The notes below the pieces were generated by a model, which did no database searches, had not been told where the DNA came from, and saw only the letters and a list, made by a program, of their open reading frames with translations. A DNA stretch of 8,117 nt from Paraspadella gotoi (lineage: Eukaryota > Animalia > Chaetognatha). Made by a program: the position numbers and the translations under genes. The DNA lies in assembly GCA_051294375.1 (NCBI GenBank), contig JBJCIZ010000409.1, positions 1 through 8,117 on the forward strand. The letters are read 5' to 3'. Shown here piece by piece: positions 7,755-8,117 of the stretch; position 1 is the first letter of the stretch, and every line of letters begins with the position of its first letter.

Positions 7755-8000
7755 ACGATTTTATCAACAATAAAGGTCGGATATGGTTCGACTCTTGGTT
7801 TTTTGAGTCTTCATCAGTGTTTGACTAACAGATTTTGGTTTCACAAACATTGAGTTAGGGAGAGAGAGAGAAAGAGAAAGTTTCCAACAAAGAATTGAGA
7901 AAACGATAGATGTGAGGAAAGGTAAAGGTGAGGACCGAAAAGGAGAGAGTGAATAAATTTGAAAATGGTGAAAGAGAAATAGATAGAAAGAGAGAGGGGA
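7755..8000 (-). mobile_element. Hammerhead-bearing dispersed repeat, copy 2
   Basis: Diverged, same-orientation homolog of 4001-4270 (shared blocks listed there). The ORF track also shows related pseudo-peptides: ILLSTLCWKL..SLSLS versus IVFSILCWKLSLSLS. Confidence 0.65.
7776..7825 (-). ncRNA. Degenerate minimal hammerhead ribozyme motif (copy 2)
   Basis: Minus strand reads GUC-aaaca-CUGAUGA-A-GACUC-aaaaaaccaa-GAGUC-GAAC-CAUA-UC-CGAC. The CUGAUGA box and 5-bp stem II are canonical, but GAAA is changed to GAAC and stem I is weak. It sits at the same position in the repeat as copy 1. Confidence 0.62.
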
Positions 8001-8117
8001 AAAATTTTCTTTACTTATTTTTACATATCTATCTATCCCTAACCACTTATTCATATATTTCATTTTTACTTACATCTCATTAGCTAACTTATTCACCTTT
8101 ATTGTTATTATTATTAT

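Noticed and set aside
4084-8063. Short ORFs in the AT-rich block (4084-4305, 4785-4970, 5726-5947, 5777-5998, 7076-7261, 7278-7547, 7764-8063)
   Set aside because: Low-complexity translations of microsatellites and repeats (SLSLSL, VVVVV) or chance ORFs. Their mutual similarity is explained by the DNA repeats.

Overview
Eukaryotic (probably invertebrate animal) repeat-rich DNA in two blocks. Bases ~1-3855 are roughly GC-balanced and hold a 5'-truncated, heavily frameshifted Ty3/gypsy LTR retrotransposon on the minus strand (gag with a CX2HX9CX3C 'CHCC' knuckle of the CsRn1-like lineage, then protease, RT with YLDD, RNase H, and integrase with HHCC, DDE core and GPY/F). It keeps an apparently intact -1 ribosomal frameshift signal (G GGA AAC plus a predicted pseudoknot). 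Bases ~3855-8117 are very AT-rich. They contain (i) two diverged copies of a GA-rich dispersed repeat, each carrying a minimal type I hammerhead ribozyme motif on the minus strand (Penelope-like/retrozyme-like), with compensatory changes in stem II; (ii) two copies of a non-coding element with a long internal palindrome, a (GAC)n tract and a terminal GC-rich hairpin (Helentron/DINE-1-like); and (iii) several microsatellites. No intact host gene could be supported. All assignments come from manual reading; no searches were run.
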